Shown here: one piece after another, positions 40,483-48,596 of the stretch
Position numbering within the stretch: position 1 is the first letter of the stretch
How the letters are laid out: each line of letters starts with the position of its first letter
Source: Alphaproteobacteria bacterium
GTDB lineage: Bacteria; Pseudomonadota; Alphaproteobacteria; Rs-D84
Assembly: GCA_017615655.1 (NCBI GenBank)
Contig: JAFZZS010000002.1
Span: 195,114-259,113, forward strand
Reading direction: 5' to 3'
DNA: 64,000 nt
The notes under the pieces: model-generated
The model's input: the letters and a program-made list of their open reading frames with translations, nothing else
Told to the model about the DNA's origin: nothing
Databases searched by the model: none
Translations under genes and position numbers: made by a program

Positions 40483-41364
40483 ATGACAAGACCAGTAGTC
40501 GTTGCCGAAGTCGGCTGTAATCACAAAGGGGATATGGAAATTGCCCACCGTATGATTAAACTTTTGGGTTGTTTTAAAACATTAAATCCAGATGCAGCGA
40601 TTGATATTGTTAAGTTTCAAAAGCGGACTAACAAGGAACTTTTGACCCCCGAAGAATATAATGCGCCGCATCCACATCCGGAAAATAGTTATGGTAAAAC
40701 ATATGGCGAGCATCGTGAATTTTTGGAATTTAGTGCCGATCAACATAAACTGTTGAAGCAATGGTGCGAAGAAGAAGGGTTAACATATTCTACATCAACG
40801 TGGGATTTAACCGCGGCCAAAGAAATTGTGGCGTTGCATCCGTCATTAATCAAGGTTCCATCAGCAAGTAATTTAGACTTTGATATGTTGGGTTACTTAC
40901 GGGACAACTATGATGGCGAAGTGCATTTGTCTTTTGGTATGACGACCAAAGAAGAAGAAAAAAAGATTGTGAATTTCTTTAAAGAGAAAAACCGTGCCAA
41001 AGATTTGGTTCTTTACGCATGCACGTCGGGTTATCCGGTACCGTTTGAAGATATTTGCCTTAATGAAATAACACGTTTGCGTGAAACATTCGGTAATGAT
41101 GTCAAGGCAATCGGTTTTTCGGGACATCATTTGGGTATTGCGGTTGATATTGCTGCATTGGCATTGGGTGCAACATATTTTGAACGCCATTTCACACTTG
41201 ATCGCACATGGAAAGGAACCGATCATGCGGCGTCGTTGGAACCAACAGGTATGCTAAAGTTAGCACGTGATTTGCGTAATGTGTCCAAGGCATTAACATC
41301 AAAATCCGAAGATATTTTGGATATTGAAAAGGTTCAACGTAAAAAACTGAAACGGAAAATCTGA
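40483..41364 (+). CDS. neuB: Nonulosonic (sialic/legionaminic/pseudaminic) acid synthase, NeuB family, lacking the C-terminal SAF/antifreeze-like domain
   Basis: TIM-barrel NeuB signature (VVAEVGCNHKGDMEIA...IKFQKRTN...GFSGHHLGIAVDIAALALGATYFERHFTLDR). Only 293 aa. Confidence 0.8.
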   Translation: MTRPVVVAEVGCNHKGDMEIAHRMIKLLGCFKTLNPDAAIDIVKFQKRTNKELLTPEEYNAPHPHPENSYGKTYGEHREFLEFSADQHKLLKQWCEEEGLTYSTSTWDLTAAKEIVALHPSLIKVPSASNLDFDMLGYLRDNYDGEVHLSFGMTTKEEEKKIVNFFKEKNRAKDLVLYACTSGYPVPFEDICLNEITRLRETFGNDVKAIGFSGHHLGIAVDIAALALGATYFERHFTLDRTWKGTDHAASLEPTGMLKLARDLRNVSKALTSKSEDILDIEKVQRKKLKRKI

Positions 41365-42377
41365 TGTCTAATATTGCGTTTATTCCAGTACGAGGTGGGT
41401 CAAAATCAATACCACTGAAAAATATCAAATTGCTGGCGGGGCGGCCATTGGTTTATTGGACCGCGGCGGCGGCGAATAATGCAAGGTGTGTCGATCGCGT
41501 AATAATCGCAACCGACAGTGATGAAATTCGTGCCGCAGTTCGCACATTTGCCAATTTGAAAAAAGTGGAACTGTATAATCGTGATGCCGAAAATGCGACT
41601 GATACTGCATCAACTGAAAGTGTTATGTTGGAATATATCAATAAATCAAATTTGAAAAATGATGATATGTTTTTCTTGATTCAGGCGACATCACCATTGT
41701 TGAAATCAGAACATATTGATGAAATGTTCGCAAAAATGCATCGTGATGGCGCGGATTCGGCGTTGTCGTGTGTGCGGAATAAACGTTTTTTCTGGGGCGC
41801 TGATGGAAAATCAATGAACTATGATTATTGTGCACGTCCACGTCGCCAGGATTTTGAAGGTATGCTGATGGAAAATGGGGCGTGTTATATAAATTCTGTG
41901 GGAAATATTCTGTGTAATAAAAATCGGTTATCAGGAAAAATATCGGTTTATGAAATGCCAGAATATACCGCAACAGAAATTGATGAACCTGATGACTTTT
42001 TGATAATTGAAAAGTTAATGGCAAAGTATAACAAACCGCAATTACCCACCGGTAAGACATTTTGTTTTGATATAGATGGGGTGTTGGGGCTGTTTGCAGA
42101 TATCAAAGATATGGCAGGCGATTATGCAAATAATGTGCCAAATATCGAAATGATAGAAATCTGTAATAAATTATATGATGCAGGAAACAAAATTGTTCTG
42201 CATACCGCACGGGGCAGTGGCAGCGGAATTGATTGGTCTGATAAAACCAAGGCGCAGTTGGCGCGATGGGGGGTGCGTTATCATGCATTGACCTTTGGCA
42301 AGCCCGCTGCCGATTTTTATATTGATGATAAAATGTTATCATTGGAACGCTTGAGAATGATGACAAAGTCGCGATAG
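41364..42377 (+). CDS. neuA: CMP-nonulosonate (acylneuraminate) cytidylyltransferase with a C-terminal HAD-like phosphatase domain
   Basis: N-terminal IAFIPVRGGSKSIPLKNIKLLAGRPLVYW (CMP-NeuAc/KDO synthetase fold). C-terminal FCFDIDGVLG...GKP..DFYIDD HAD motifs I-IV. Confidence 0.8.
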   Translation: MSNIAFIPVRGGSKSIPLKNIKLLAGRPLVYWTAAAANNARCVDRVIIATDSDEIRAAVRTFANLKKVELYNRDAENATDTASTESVMLEYINKSNLKNDDMFFLIQATSPLLKSEHIDEMFAKMHRDGADSALSCVRNKRFFWGADGKSMNYDYCARPRRQDFEGMLMENGACYINSVGNILCNKNRLSGKISVYEMPEYTATEIDEPDDFLIIEKLMAKYNKPQLPTGKTFCFDIDGVLGLFADIKDMAGDYANNVPNIEMIEICNKLYDAGNKIVLHTARGSGSGIDWSDKTKAQLARWGVRYHALTFGKPAADFYIDDKMLSLERLRMMTKSR

Positions 42378-42384
42378 AATAATA

Positions 42385-43239
42385 TTATTCAGTGGTTGCT
42401 GCGATACCTTTTACTTCCCATAGGATTGAACTGTTGGCACTGGAATAAACCCTGACCACAAACGTGGTTGTGGTAAGGTTCCAAACTGAATCCGTTTGTT
42501 CGTTTGCGGAACCACTGCCGGGGGTTGTTGTTCCAAAGTTTCTTTGTTTTGTGATAAAGTAATTATTATCCGCCATTTCTATGGGCATTGTAACAGTTAA
42601 ATTTGTCGCGCTGGATTGCGCTGGTAAACGTCCGCCTTGTTCAACCCAACCACTTTTGTATTTGCGATACCATGTATAATTATTCTCGGCAGTTGGATTT
42701 TGCGATGCCACAACATAATCGTAACCGTTTAAAGTGTTTATCGCCGTGGTATGTCCACTAACAGTATCGTTTAATGTTGTTAAATTATCCGTGGTAACAA
42801 AACCAGTCAATTGAGTATGTATTGTTGTCAATTCAGATAATAATTCCGCCAAGGTCGGTGTCGTCGCCAACGAAATCAAATTGTTTATTTTAGTTGTTAA
42901 TTCTTTTAATATTTCAATACATTGATTGAAATCTTGGTTTAGTTGATGTGATTGTAGTTGGGCGGTTGGTTGATAGTCAATATGTCGTGTTAAATCAATA
43001 TCACGCCACACTTTGATAGTGGAATTATTTGTTGGGGCAACCGCGAAATCTATGCGCCCCCCGGTATATGGGATATCTGGTGCGTCGCCAGATGTAGTAT
43101 TTGGGTAAACCGTGAAAGCATCAGATGTTTGTGTGACGTTATTTATACTAACGTGAATATCATTTGTTCCAAAGAACGCAAATGTAAAATAAAAACTGGT
43201 GGTGTTTCCATCGCCATTAAAAGTTTGTGTATTAGCCAT
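42385..43239 (-). CDS. Orphan phage tail-fibre protein with a T7 gp17-type N-terminal tail-attachment domain
   Basis: N-terminal ~120 aa (FNGDGNTTSFYFTFAFF...IHVSINNV...IDFAVAPTNNSTIKVWRDIDLTRHIDYQ...LNQDFNQ) is colinear with the T7 tail-fibre N-domain pattern. A Thr/Asn-rich fibrous middle and a distinct C-terminal domain follow. AAGGAAAAC RBS. Confidence 0.6.
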   Translation of the reverse strand: MANTQTFNGDGNTTSFYFTFAFFGTNDIHVSINNVTQTSDAFTVYPNTTSGDAPDIPYTGGRIDFAVAPTNNSTIKVWRDIDLTRHIDYQPTAQLQSHQLNQDFNQCIEILKELTTKINNLISLATTPTLAELLSELTTIHTQLTGFVTTDNLTTLNDTVSGHTTAINTLNGYDYVVASQNPTAENNYTWYRKYKSGWVEQGGRLPAQSSATNLTVTMPIEMADNNYFITKQRNFGTTTPGSGSANEQTDSVWNLTTTTFVVRVYSSANSSILWEVKGIAATTE

Positions 43240-43279
43240 GATATGTTTTCCTTTCTTTGTTTAATATTAAATAAAAAAA

Positions 43280-43299
43280 GTCTGAACACGGGTTCAGAC
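43280..43299 (-). terminator. Terminator hairpin GTCTGAAC-ACGG-GTTCAGAC with a T7 tract on the minus strand (downstream of dsbA)
   Basis: Perfect 8-bp stem. The A7 run on the plus strand at 43273-43279 is the U-tract on the minus strand. Confidence 0.5.
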
Positions 43300-43398
43300 A
43301 AAATACAAACGGTGACGCAAATTCGTCACCATCTTGGGCAGAATTATATCAAAAAAAGCTCCAAAAGTCAATATGTTTTAATCAAATAAAAACAAAAA

Positions 43399-43417
43399 AT
43401 CCGCCATATTGGCGGAT
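43399..43417. terminator. Bidirectional terminator ATCCGCCA-TATT-GGCGGAT flanked by A6/T5, immediately after the dsbA stop
   Basis: Perfect 7-8-bp stem with flanking A/T runs. Confidence 0.55.
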
Positions 43418-43438
43418 TTTTAACTTGGTATCCAATCA

Positions 43439-44254
43439 TTATCTATCCAGGGCATCGATAATCTGATCATAAGGAATCGCGCCAGGAAACGCTTTTTCAC
43501 CGATAATCAAATATGGTGTTCCGCTGATGTCAAATTTCTGTGCCAAATCACGGACGTTTTTAAGTTCACGTGCGACGACTGGTCCCTTCATATCACGTTC
43601 TAATTGTGCGGTGTCCAAACCGACTTCGGCAGCCATAGCCATAACATTCTTGTGGACTCTATCACCCAATTTTGAACGATCTTTCATATCATCTTGGCTG
43701 TAATATTCTTTTTCCATCAACTTTCTATCCAATGCAGCCGCTTTATCATTGCCTTGCAATTTTGCAGCGATAACTGCTTTGGCAGGTGCATCAGACAAAT
43801 CGCCATGAATCGAGAAGTTCTTTAATACAACGCGAACATCATTGCGGCTTTCCATTACACGTGCCAATTCGCTGTGAACACGACGGCAATATGGGCATGA
43901 ATAGTCAGACCACAAAAAGATTGTCTTTTTGGCATCTTCGTTGCCCCAAACCGGTGCATCTGCGATCATTTCGCCCATGTTGGAACGGACATATGCGCGA
44001 ACAGCTTTATTCTTTTCGGCATTTTGTTGTTCCTGCATAGCGGTAACCATTTCTTGCAAGATTGATGGATTTGTATGCGTCAGATAGATTGGTGTGTAAA
44101 GACGGCATACACAGCCAGCAATCAACAAAATGGAAACCAATTTGATTAATTTTGTTGTAAGAGTTGTAGGCTTTTTACCATCTTGCTTGGCAATCATATC
44201 GCCAAACAAAAACAGTGCAACGCCAACAATCAGAACGACTATTGTCCAAAACAT
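43439..44254 (-). CDS. dsbA: DsbA-family thiol:disulfide oxidoreductase (membrane-anchored)
   Basis: N-terminal TM helix and a thioredoxin fold with the CPYC active site (WSDYSCPYCRRVH). AAGGAG RBS. Confidence 0.85.
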   Translation of the reverse strand: MFWTIVVLIVGVALFLFGDMIAKQDGKKPTTLTTKLIKLVSILLIAGCVCRLYTPIYLTHTNPSILQEMVTAMQEQQNAEKNKAVRAYVRSNMGEMIADAPVWGNEDAKKTIFLWSDYSCPYCRRVHSELARVMESRNDVRVVLKNFSIHGDLSDAPAKAVIAAKLQGNDKAAALDRKLMEKEYYSQDDMKDRSKLGDRVHKNVMAMAAEVGLDTAQLERDMKGPVVARELKNVRDLAQKFDISGTPYLIIGEKAFPGAIPYDQIIDALDR

Positions 44255-44322
44255 GTTTTTCTCCTTTGCTTGTTGAACGGTGTTATCTTAGCAAAAAAAA
44301 AATCGAAATTGCAACAAAAATG

Positions 44323-44985
44323 TTAAATTTTTTTGTTATTTAAAAATATGCGTGCGTTGGGGACCCGGGCACCCTGGGTTGTACAGATTTTTTCAAGAAA
44401 TTTTAATGTGATATCCAATGTTACCGGCATTTTATAAAGTTGTGCCAGATATGGCGCTGCGCAATTATCGCATACCGCACGTGCCGTTTTTGGTGATATG
44501 TAATGTAGGTCTGATGTTTTTCCGCACCCCGAACAATGTGATAAATCCATTGCGTATCCCAATTCCCCAAGCAATTCGATTTCCCACTTTAGATATTCAG
44601 AATATGCATCAGTTGTATCAGATAAATCGTTTAGTAATTTAACTGTACCGTTGTATAAGTTTATATATGGTTCGCGTTCAGGTAACATTGTGCATATTAA
44701 ATCAAATGCGGCATTCATATAAGACAGTGCCAGTGAATTCATCATAATCGGTACAGCCAGGTTTTTTTCACTTTCCCAATGAAAGACACCCAATGCAGAA
44801 TCTAGTCGCGCATTCCATGTCATCGAACCAATTTGTCCTACAAGCGGTTTGTTTGTTTTCGTTGTAATTGCGCCACGTAACATTCCGGTCATTAAACCGC
44901 AATCGCGCGTAAGTATATGTGCGATAGCATTTTTTTCGTCAAACGGTCGCAATGCAACCAAAATTCCAATGGATTCAAGTTTCAT
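44323..44985 (-). CDS. recO: DNA repair protein RecO
   Basis: N-terminal OB fold (GILVALRPFDEKNAIAHILTRDCGLMTGMLRG) and a C-terminal Cys4 zinc motif (CSGCG...CDNC). Confidence 0.85.
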   Translation of the reverse strand: MKLESIGILVALRPFDEKNAIAHILTRDCGLMTGMLRGAITTKTNKPLVGQIGSMTWNARLDSALGVFHWESEKNLAVPIMMNSLALSYMNAAFDLICTMLPEREPYINLYNGTVKLLNDLSDTTDAYSEYLKWEIELLGELGYAMDLSHCSGCGKTSDLHYISPKTARAVCDNCAAPYLAQLYKMPVTLDITLKFLEKICTTQGARVPNARIFLNNKKI

Positions 44986-45082
44986 CGGACAACATTATAT
45001 AAACTTTGGTTATATTGTAGCAAGTGAATAGTGGGAAGAGGGTAGTTGTTAGTGATTAGTGTAAGTTGTAAGTGGTAAATGA

Positions 45083-45112
45083 AAACGGTTGCAGAAATGC
45101 AACCGTTTTTTA
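45083..45112 (-). terminator. groEL terminator AAAACGGTTGC-AGAAA-TGCAACCGTTTTTT
   Basis: Perfect 10-bp stem with flanking A/T runs, 20 nt after the groEL stop. Confidence 0.65.
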
Positions 45113-45131
45113 ACTAACCACTAACACTAAC

Positions 45132-46751
45132 CTACATCATTCCTGGCATGCCACCCGGCATTTGTGGGGTGGATGATTTTTCTTCTGGAATTTCAGACAT
45201 CACCGCACCAGTCGTTAACAACACGCCTGCGGTGGATGCCGCTGCCATAATTGCAGTTTTGACCACTTTTGCTGGGTCAATAATCCCTGCTTTCATCATA
45301 TCGACATATTCGTCAGTTTGTGCATTATAACCAAAATTGTAATCTTTAGATTCAGATACTTTACCTACGACAATCTCGCCTGATACGCCGGCATTTTCAG
45401 CAATTTGTGCGCATGGCGCAACAATTGCACGGCGAACAATGTCGATGCCAACATTTTGATCGGTATTTTCACCTTTGACTTTATCCAAGGCGGTTGTTGC
45501 ACGAACCAATGCGACGCCACCACCGGCGACAATACCATCCGCGACTGCGGCACGTGTTGCCGCCAATGCGTCATCAACACGGTCTTTCTTTTCTTTGACT
45601 TCTACTTCGGTCATGCCGCCAACCTTAATCACCGCGACACCACCAACCAATTTAGCCAGACGTTCTGCTAATTTTTCACGGTCATAATCACTGGTGCTTT
45701 CTTTGATTTGTTTACGGATTTCATCAGCACGATTTGCAATTGTGACTTTGTCACCCGTGCCACCGACAATAAGGGTCGAAGATTTATCAACCACTATACG
45801 TTTAGCAGAGCCCAAAACCGCCGGTGTTATATTGTCAAATGTCATACCCATATCATCAGATATAACCGTTGCGCCGGTTACTATTGCTATATCTTGTAAC
45901 ATTGCTTTGCGGCGGTCGCCGAATCCCGGGGCTTTGACCGCGCATACTTTTAGGCCACCGCGCAGGCGGTTCAGAACTAATGTCGCCAATGCTTCGGATT
46001 CGACATCCTCGGCAATAATAAGTAATGGGCGACCCTGTTGTGCGATTGGTTCCAATATAGGTAACAATGCCTGGAGACCAGTAATTTTCTTTTCTGATAC
46101 CAAAACTTGTGCGCCATCTAATTCGGCCAGCATTTTTTCACTGTTGCTGACGAAATAGGGCGACATGAATCCTTGATCAAACTGCATACCCTCGACAACG
46201 TCAATTTCGGTGTCCAAACCTTTTGCTTCTTCAACGGTAATGACGCCTTCTTTGCCAACTTTCTCCATTGCGTCTGCAATCTTTTTACCAATATCAGAAT
46301 CACCGTTTGCAGAAATTGTTGCGACCTGTGCTATCTCGGAACTGTTTTTGACAGGACGCGCATGTGATTCAATATCGGCAACGACCGCGTTTGTGGCAAG
46401 GTCAATTCCGCGTTTAATATCCATTGGGTTCATGCCAGCTGCGATAACGCGACGCCCTTCGCGGACAATCTTTTGTGCAAGTACTGTTGCAGTTGTTGTC
46501 CCGTCCCCAGCATCATCGCCCGCCTTTTTGGCAACTTCTTGAATCATGCGAGCCCCGATATTTTCTGCCGGATCTTTTAGCGATACAGCCTTGGCCACCG
46601 TAACACCATCTTTGGTTGCGACTGGGGCACCATAAGATTTATCTATAACAACGGTGCGTCCCTTTGGACCCATCGTAATTTTGACCGCATTGGCTAATTT
46701 ATCAACGCCTGCGGCAAGTTTATCTGTATCAAATGCAATATCTTTTGCCAT
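45132..46751 (-). CDS. groEL: Chaperonin GroEL
   Basis: Full-length GroEL similarity, including the C-terminal GGM-type tail (GGMPGMM); 539 aa. Confidence 0.97.
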   Translation of the reverse strand: MAKDIAFDTDKLAAGVDKLANAVKITMGPKGRTVVIDKSYGAPVATKDGVTVAKAVSLKDPAENIGARMIQEVAKKAGDDAGDGTTTATVLAQKIVREGRRVIAAGMNPMDIKRGIDLATNAVVADIESHARPVKNSSEIAQVATISANGDSDIGKKIADAMEKVGKEGVITVEEAKGLDTEIDVVEGMQFDQGFMSPYFVSNSEKMLAELDGAQVLVSEKKITGLQALLPILEPIAQQGRPLLIIAEDVESEALATLVLNRLRGGLKVCAVKAPGFGDRRKAMLQDIAIVTGATVISDDMGMTFDNITPAVLGSAKRIVVDKSSTLIVGGTGDKVTIANRADEIRKQIKESTSDYDREKLAERLAKLVGGVAVIKVGGMTEVEVKEKKDRVDDALAATRAAVADGIVAGGGVALVRATTALDKVKGENTDQNVGIDIVRRAIVAPCAQIAENAGVSGEIVVGKVSESKDYNFGYNAQTDEYVDMMKAGIIDPAKVVKTAIMAAASTAGVLLTTGAVMSEIPEEKSSTPQMPGGMPGMM

Positions 46752-46764
46752 AATCTATACCTCT

Positions 46765-47052
46765 TTATTCAATAATACCCAAAATGTCAGATTCTTTGAT
46801 AAGAACATATTCGTTTCCATCTATTTTGACCTCGTTGGCCGAAGATGCCCATTTTGCAAATAAAACCGTATCATTTGGTTTAACCGTCATTGGTACGCGT
46901 GCACCATGGTCAAATATTCCATCACCAACCGCAATTACACGACCGCGTGATGGTTTTTCCTTGGCAGTGTCAGGAATAATGATTCCACCGGCGGTTTTGT
47001 TTTCTTCTTCAATTCTTTGGATTAAAACATAGTTATTTAATGGTTTAAACAT
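46765..47052 (-). CDS. groES: Co-chaperonin GroES
   Basis: MFKPLNNYVLIQRIEEENKTAGGIIIPD... is canonical GroES; 95 aa. Confidence 0.95.
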   Translation of the reverse strand: MFKPLNNYVLIQRIEEENKTAGGIIIPDTAKEKPSRGRVIAVGDGIFDHGARVPMTVKPNDTVLFAKWASSANEVKIDGNEYVLIKESDILGIIE

Positions 47053-47093
47053 AATAACTCCTTTTTATATACATATATTATGCCGTTGCACAA

Positions 47094-47122
47094 AATATAG
47101 GGCATAAAAATATAATTTCAAG
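47094..47122 (-). promoter_or_regulatory. RpoH (sigma32)-type promoter CTTGAA-14 nt-CCCTATAT upstream of groES
   Basis: The minus strand reads CTTGAAattatatttttatgCCCTATAT, which matches the sigma32 consensus CTTGAA-N13-15-CCCCATnT. No CIRCE inverted repeat was found. Confidence 0.5.
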
Positions 47123-47201
47123 TGAGCATTTCTTGAATATACCCCCAGAATATGATAACATTCATGTCGGGTTGGGTTATTATGTAAAGAAAGGAGAGAT
47201 T

Positions 47202-48452
47202 ATGAAAACCAAGTTAGGTCTGTTTGTAAGTATGATTGCGGCGGTTGCGGTAACAGGTGCATTTGGTGCGGCATCTATTCGTACAGGTGCCCCAACGAAT
47301 ACAGTGAAAACACAGGCAATAACAATGCCGACAAATACGGGGGTAGCACGTGCGGGTTCGTTGAAAGTATCGCCAAATATTGTAAATAGTGACCAGCCAG
47401 TAGCCGATTCAACAAATGCACGTTTGGCGTTATCTAAATCAATGTTAAGCAAGTTAAAAGAAACGTCTACTAAAACAGACAATAATGCTCGTGATAATTC
47501 TGGTACAGCGGTTAAACCAAATCCAACTACTATCCAATCGTCTGATATAGCCGAATTGGACAAGCGGGTTACCGAAGTCGAGAAAAAAATGGATAAAATG
47601 GAAGATGTAACCGGTGATTTACCAATCGTTATAGATGATGAATTGTCAACAACCAGTACGAATCCTGTTCAGAATCGGGTTGTAACGAATGCATTGGATG
47701 GTAAACAGAATAAATCAACAGCATCGACTAGTATAGCCGGACCGAATGGAACATGGATTCCTGTGGGAGATGGCGATTACGTGAATAAACAATTTGCTGA
47801 TGGCGGTCCAGCAGCAATGAGATTTGATATAAGACCAGATAGAGTTATACGAACCGTTAATGGTATAACATCGGATGCAACAGGTTTGGTTCAGGGTAGG
47901 GCGGTATACGAGGCATTACAGGCACTTAGCACAGATTCGAATATAAAAATCGCGGAAGTGACGTATACTGAACCACAGTTTATAAGCGGTGGAATAGTGG
48001 GGTCAATAAGGGGGTATACTACACTGATTGTTGTAGTACCAGATTGCACAGCACCGGGTACGGCTTGCAGACAACGAGTGCGGATCAATGATGAATGCAA
48101 ATTGACACGTATTTACGATGGACTTGCCCGTTATGAGTGCATTCGTGAAGATATGAGACCTGATGAGCCAGGTGCACGCTATGTCATTATTGATAGTGTG
48201 CCTTCTGATTATACAACTTATTTGTACGGAACGGATGGAACAGAAGAAAATCTTGCATCAGATGGTTTGTTGTATCAAATGAACGAGGTCCGCAATACAC
48301 TGTATGGCGAGAATGGTTCAGTGACCGAGCCTGCACTGGATAGTGTCGCGTATGATATACATGATTTGTTATTAAGGGTGCATTACGCGGAACAGACGAT
48401 ACAAGATTTGGCAACAAGGGTATCTGCATTAGAAAATCCCGCTAGTAAATAA
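47202..48452 (+). CDS. Secreted hypothetical protein (~416 aa) with central and C-terminal coiled coils
   Basis: Signal peptide (MKTKLGLFVSMIAAVAVTGAFGAAS), a Thr/Asn-rich N-terminal region, coiled coils (IAELDKRVTEVEKKMDKMEDV; IHDLLLRVHYAEQTIQDLATRVSALE) and four Cys near the C-terminus. AAAGGAGAG RBS before ATG 47202. Confidence 0.55.
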   Translation: MKTKLGLFVSMIAAVAVTGAFGAASIRTGAPTNTVKTQAITMPTNTGVARAGSLKVSPNIVNSDQPVADSTNARLALSKSMLSKLKETSTKTDNNARDNSGTAVKPNPTTIQSSDIAELDKRVTEVEKKMDKMEDVTGDLPIVIDDELSTTSTNPVQNRVVTNALDGKQNKSTASTSIAGPNGTWIPVGDGDYVNKQFADGGPAAMRFDIRPDRVIRTVNGITSDATGLVQGRAVYEALQALSTDSNIKIAEVTYTEPQFISGGIVGSIRGYTTLIVVVPDCTAPGTACRQRVRINDECKLTRIYDGLARYECIREDMRPDEPGARYVIIDSVPSDYTTYLYGTDGTEENLASDGLLYQMNEVRNTLYGENGSVTEPALDSVAYDIHDLLLRVHYAEQTIQDLATRVSALENPASK

Positions 48453-48596
48453 ATCTGGTATATAAATTTAGACACACATCTTTGTGGTGTGTGTTTTTTG
48501 TTGTCAAATTGGCGTGTAACACCATGTTTTAGTGGTAAGATATTTGCATATGTTGCGAAAAAGTGATACAATGCAAAGAACCGAGGAGATATGCCA

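Noticed and set aside
43129-43389. 86-aa ORF in the dsbA/tail-fibre intergenic region
   Set aside because: It overlaps the tail-fibre gene start on the opposite strand and spans the terminator hairpin at 43280-43299. It lacks an RBS and has a low-complexity translation.
45148-46542. Several plus-strand ORFs (60-154 aa) antisense to groEL
   Set aside because: Their Ala/Thr/Pro/Ser-rich translations are the usual artefact of reading the antisense strand of a GC-skewed, highly expressed gene. GroEL occupies the locus.
47053-47132. Expected CIRCE (TTAGCACTC-N9-GAGTGCTAA) HrcA operator upstream of groES
   Set aside because: No CIRCE-like inverted repeat is present. The region instead carries a sigma32-type CTTGAA/CCCTATAT promoter, so only that was annotated.
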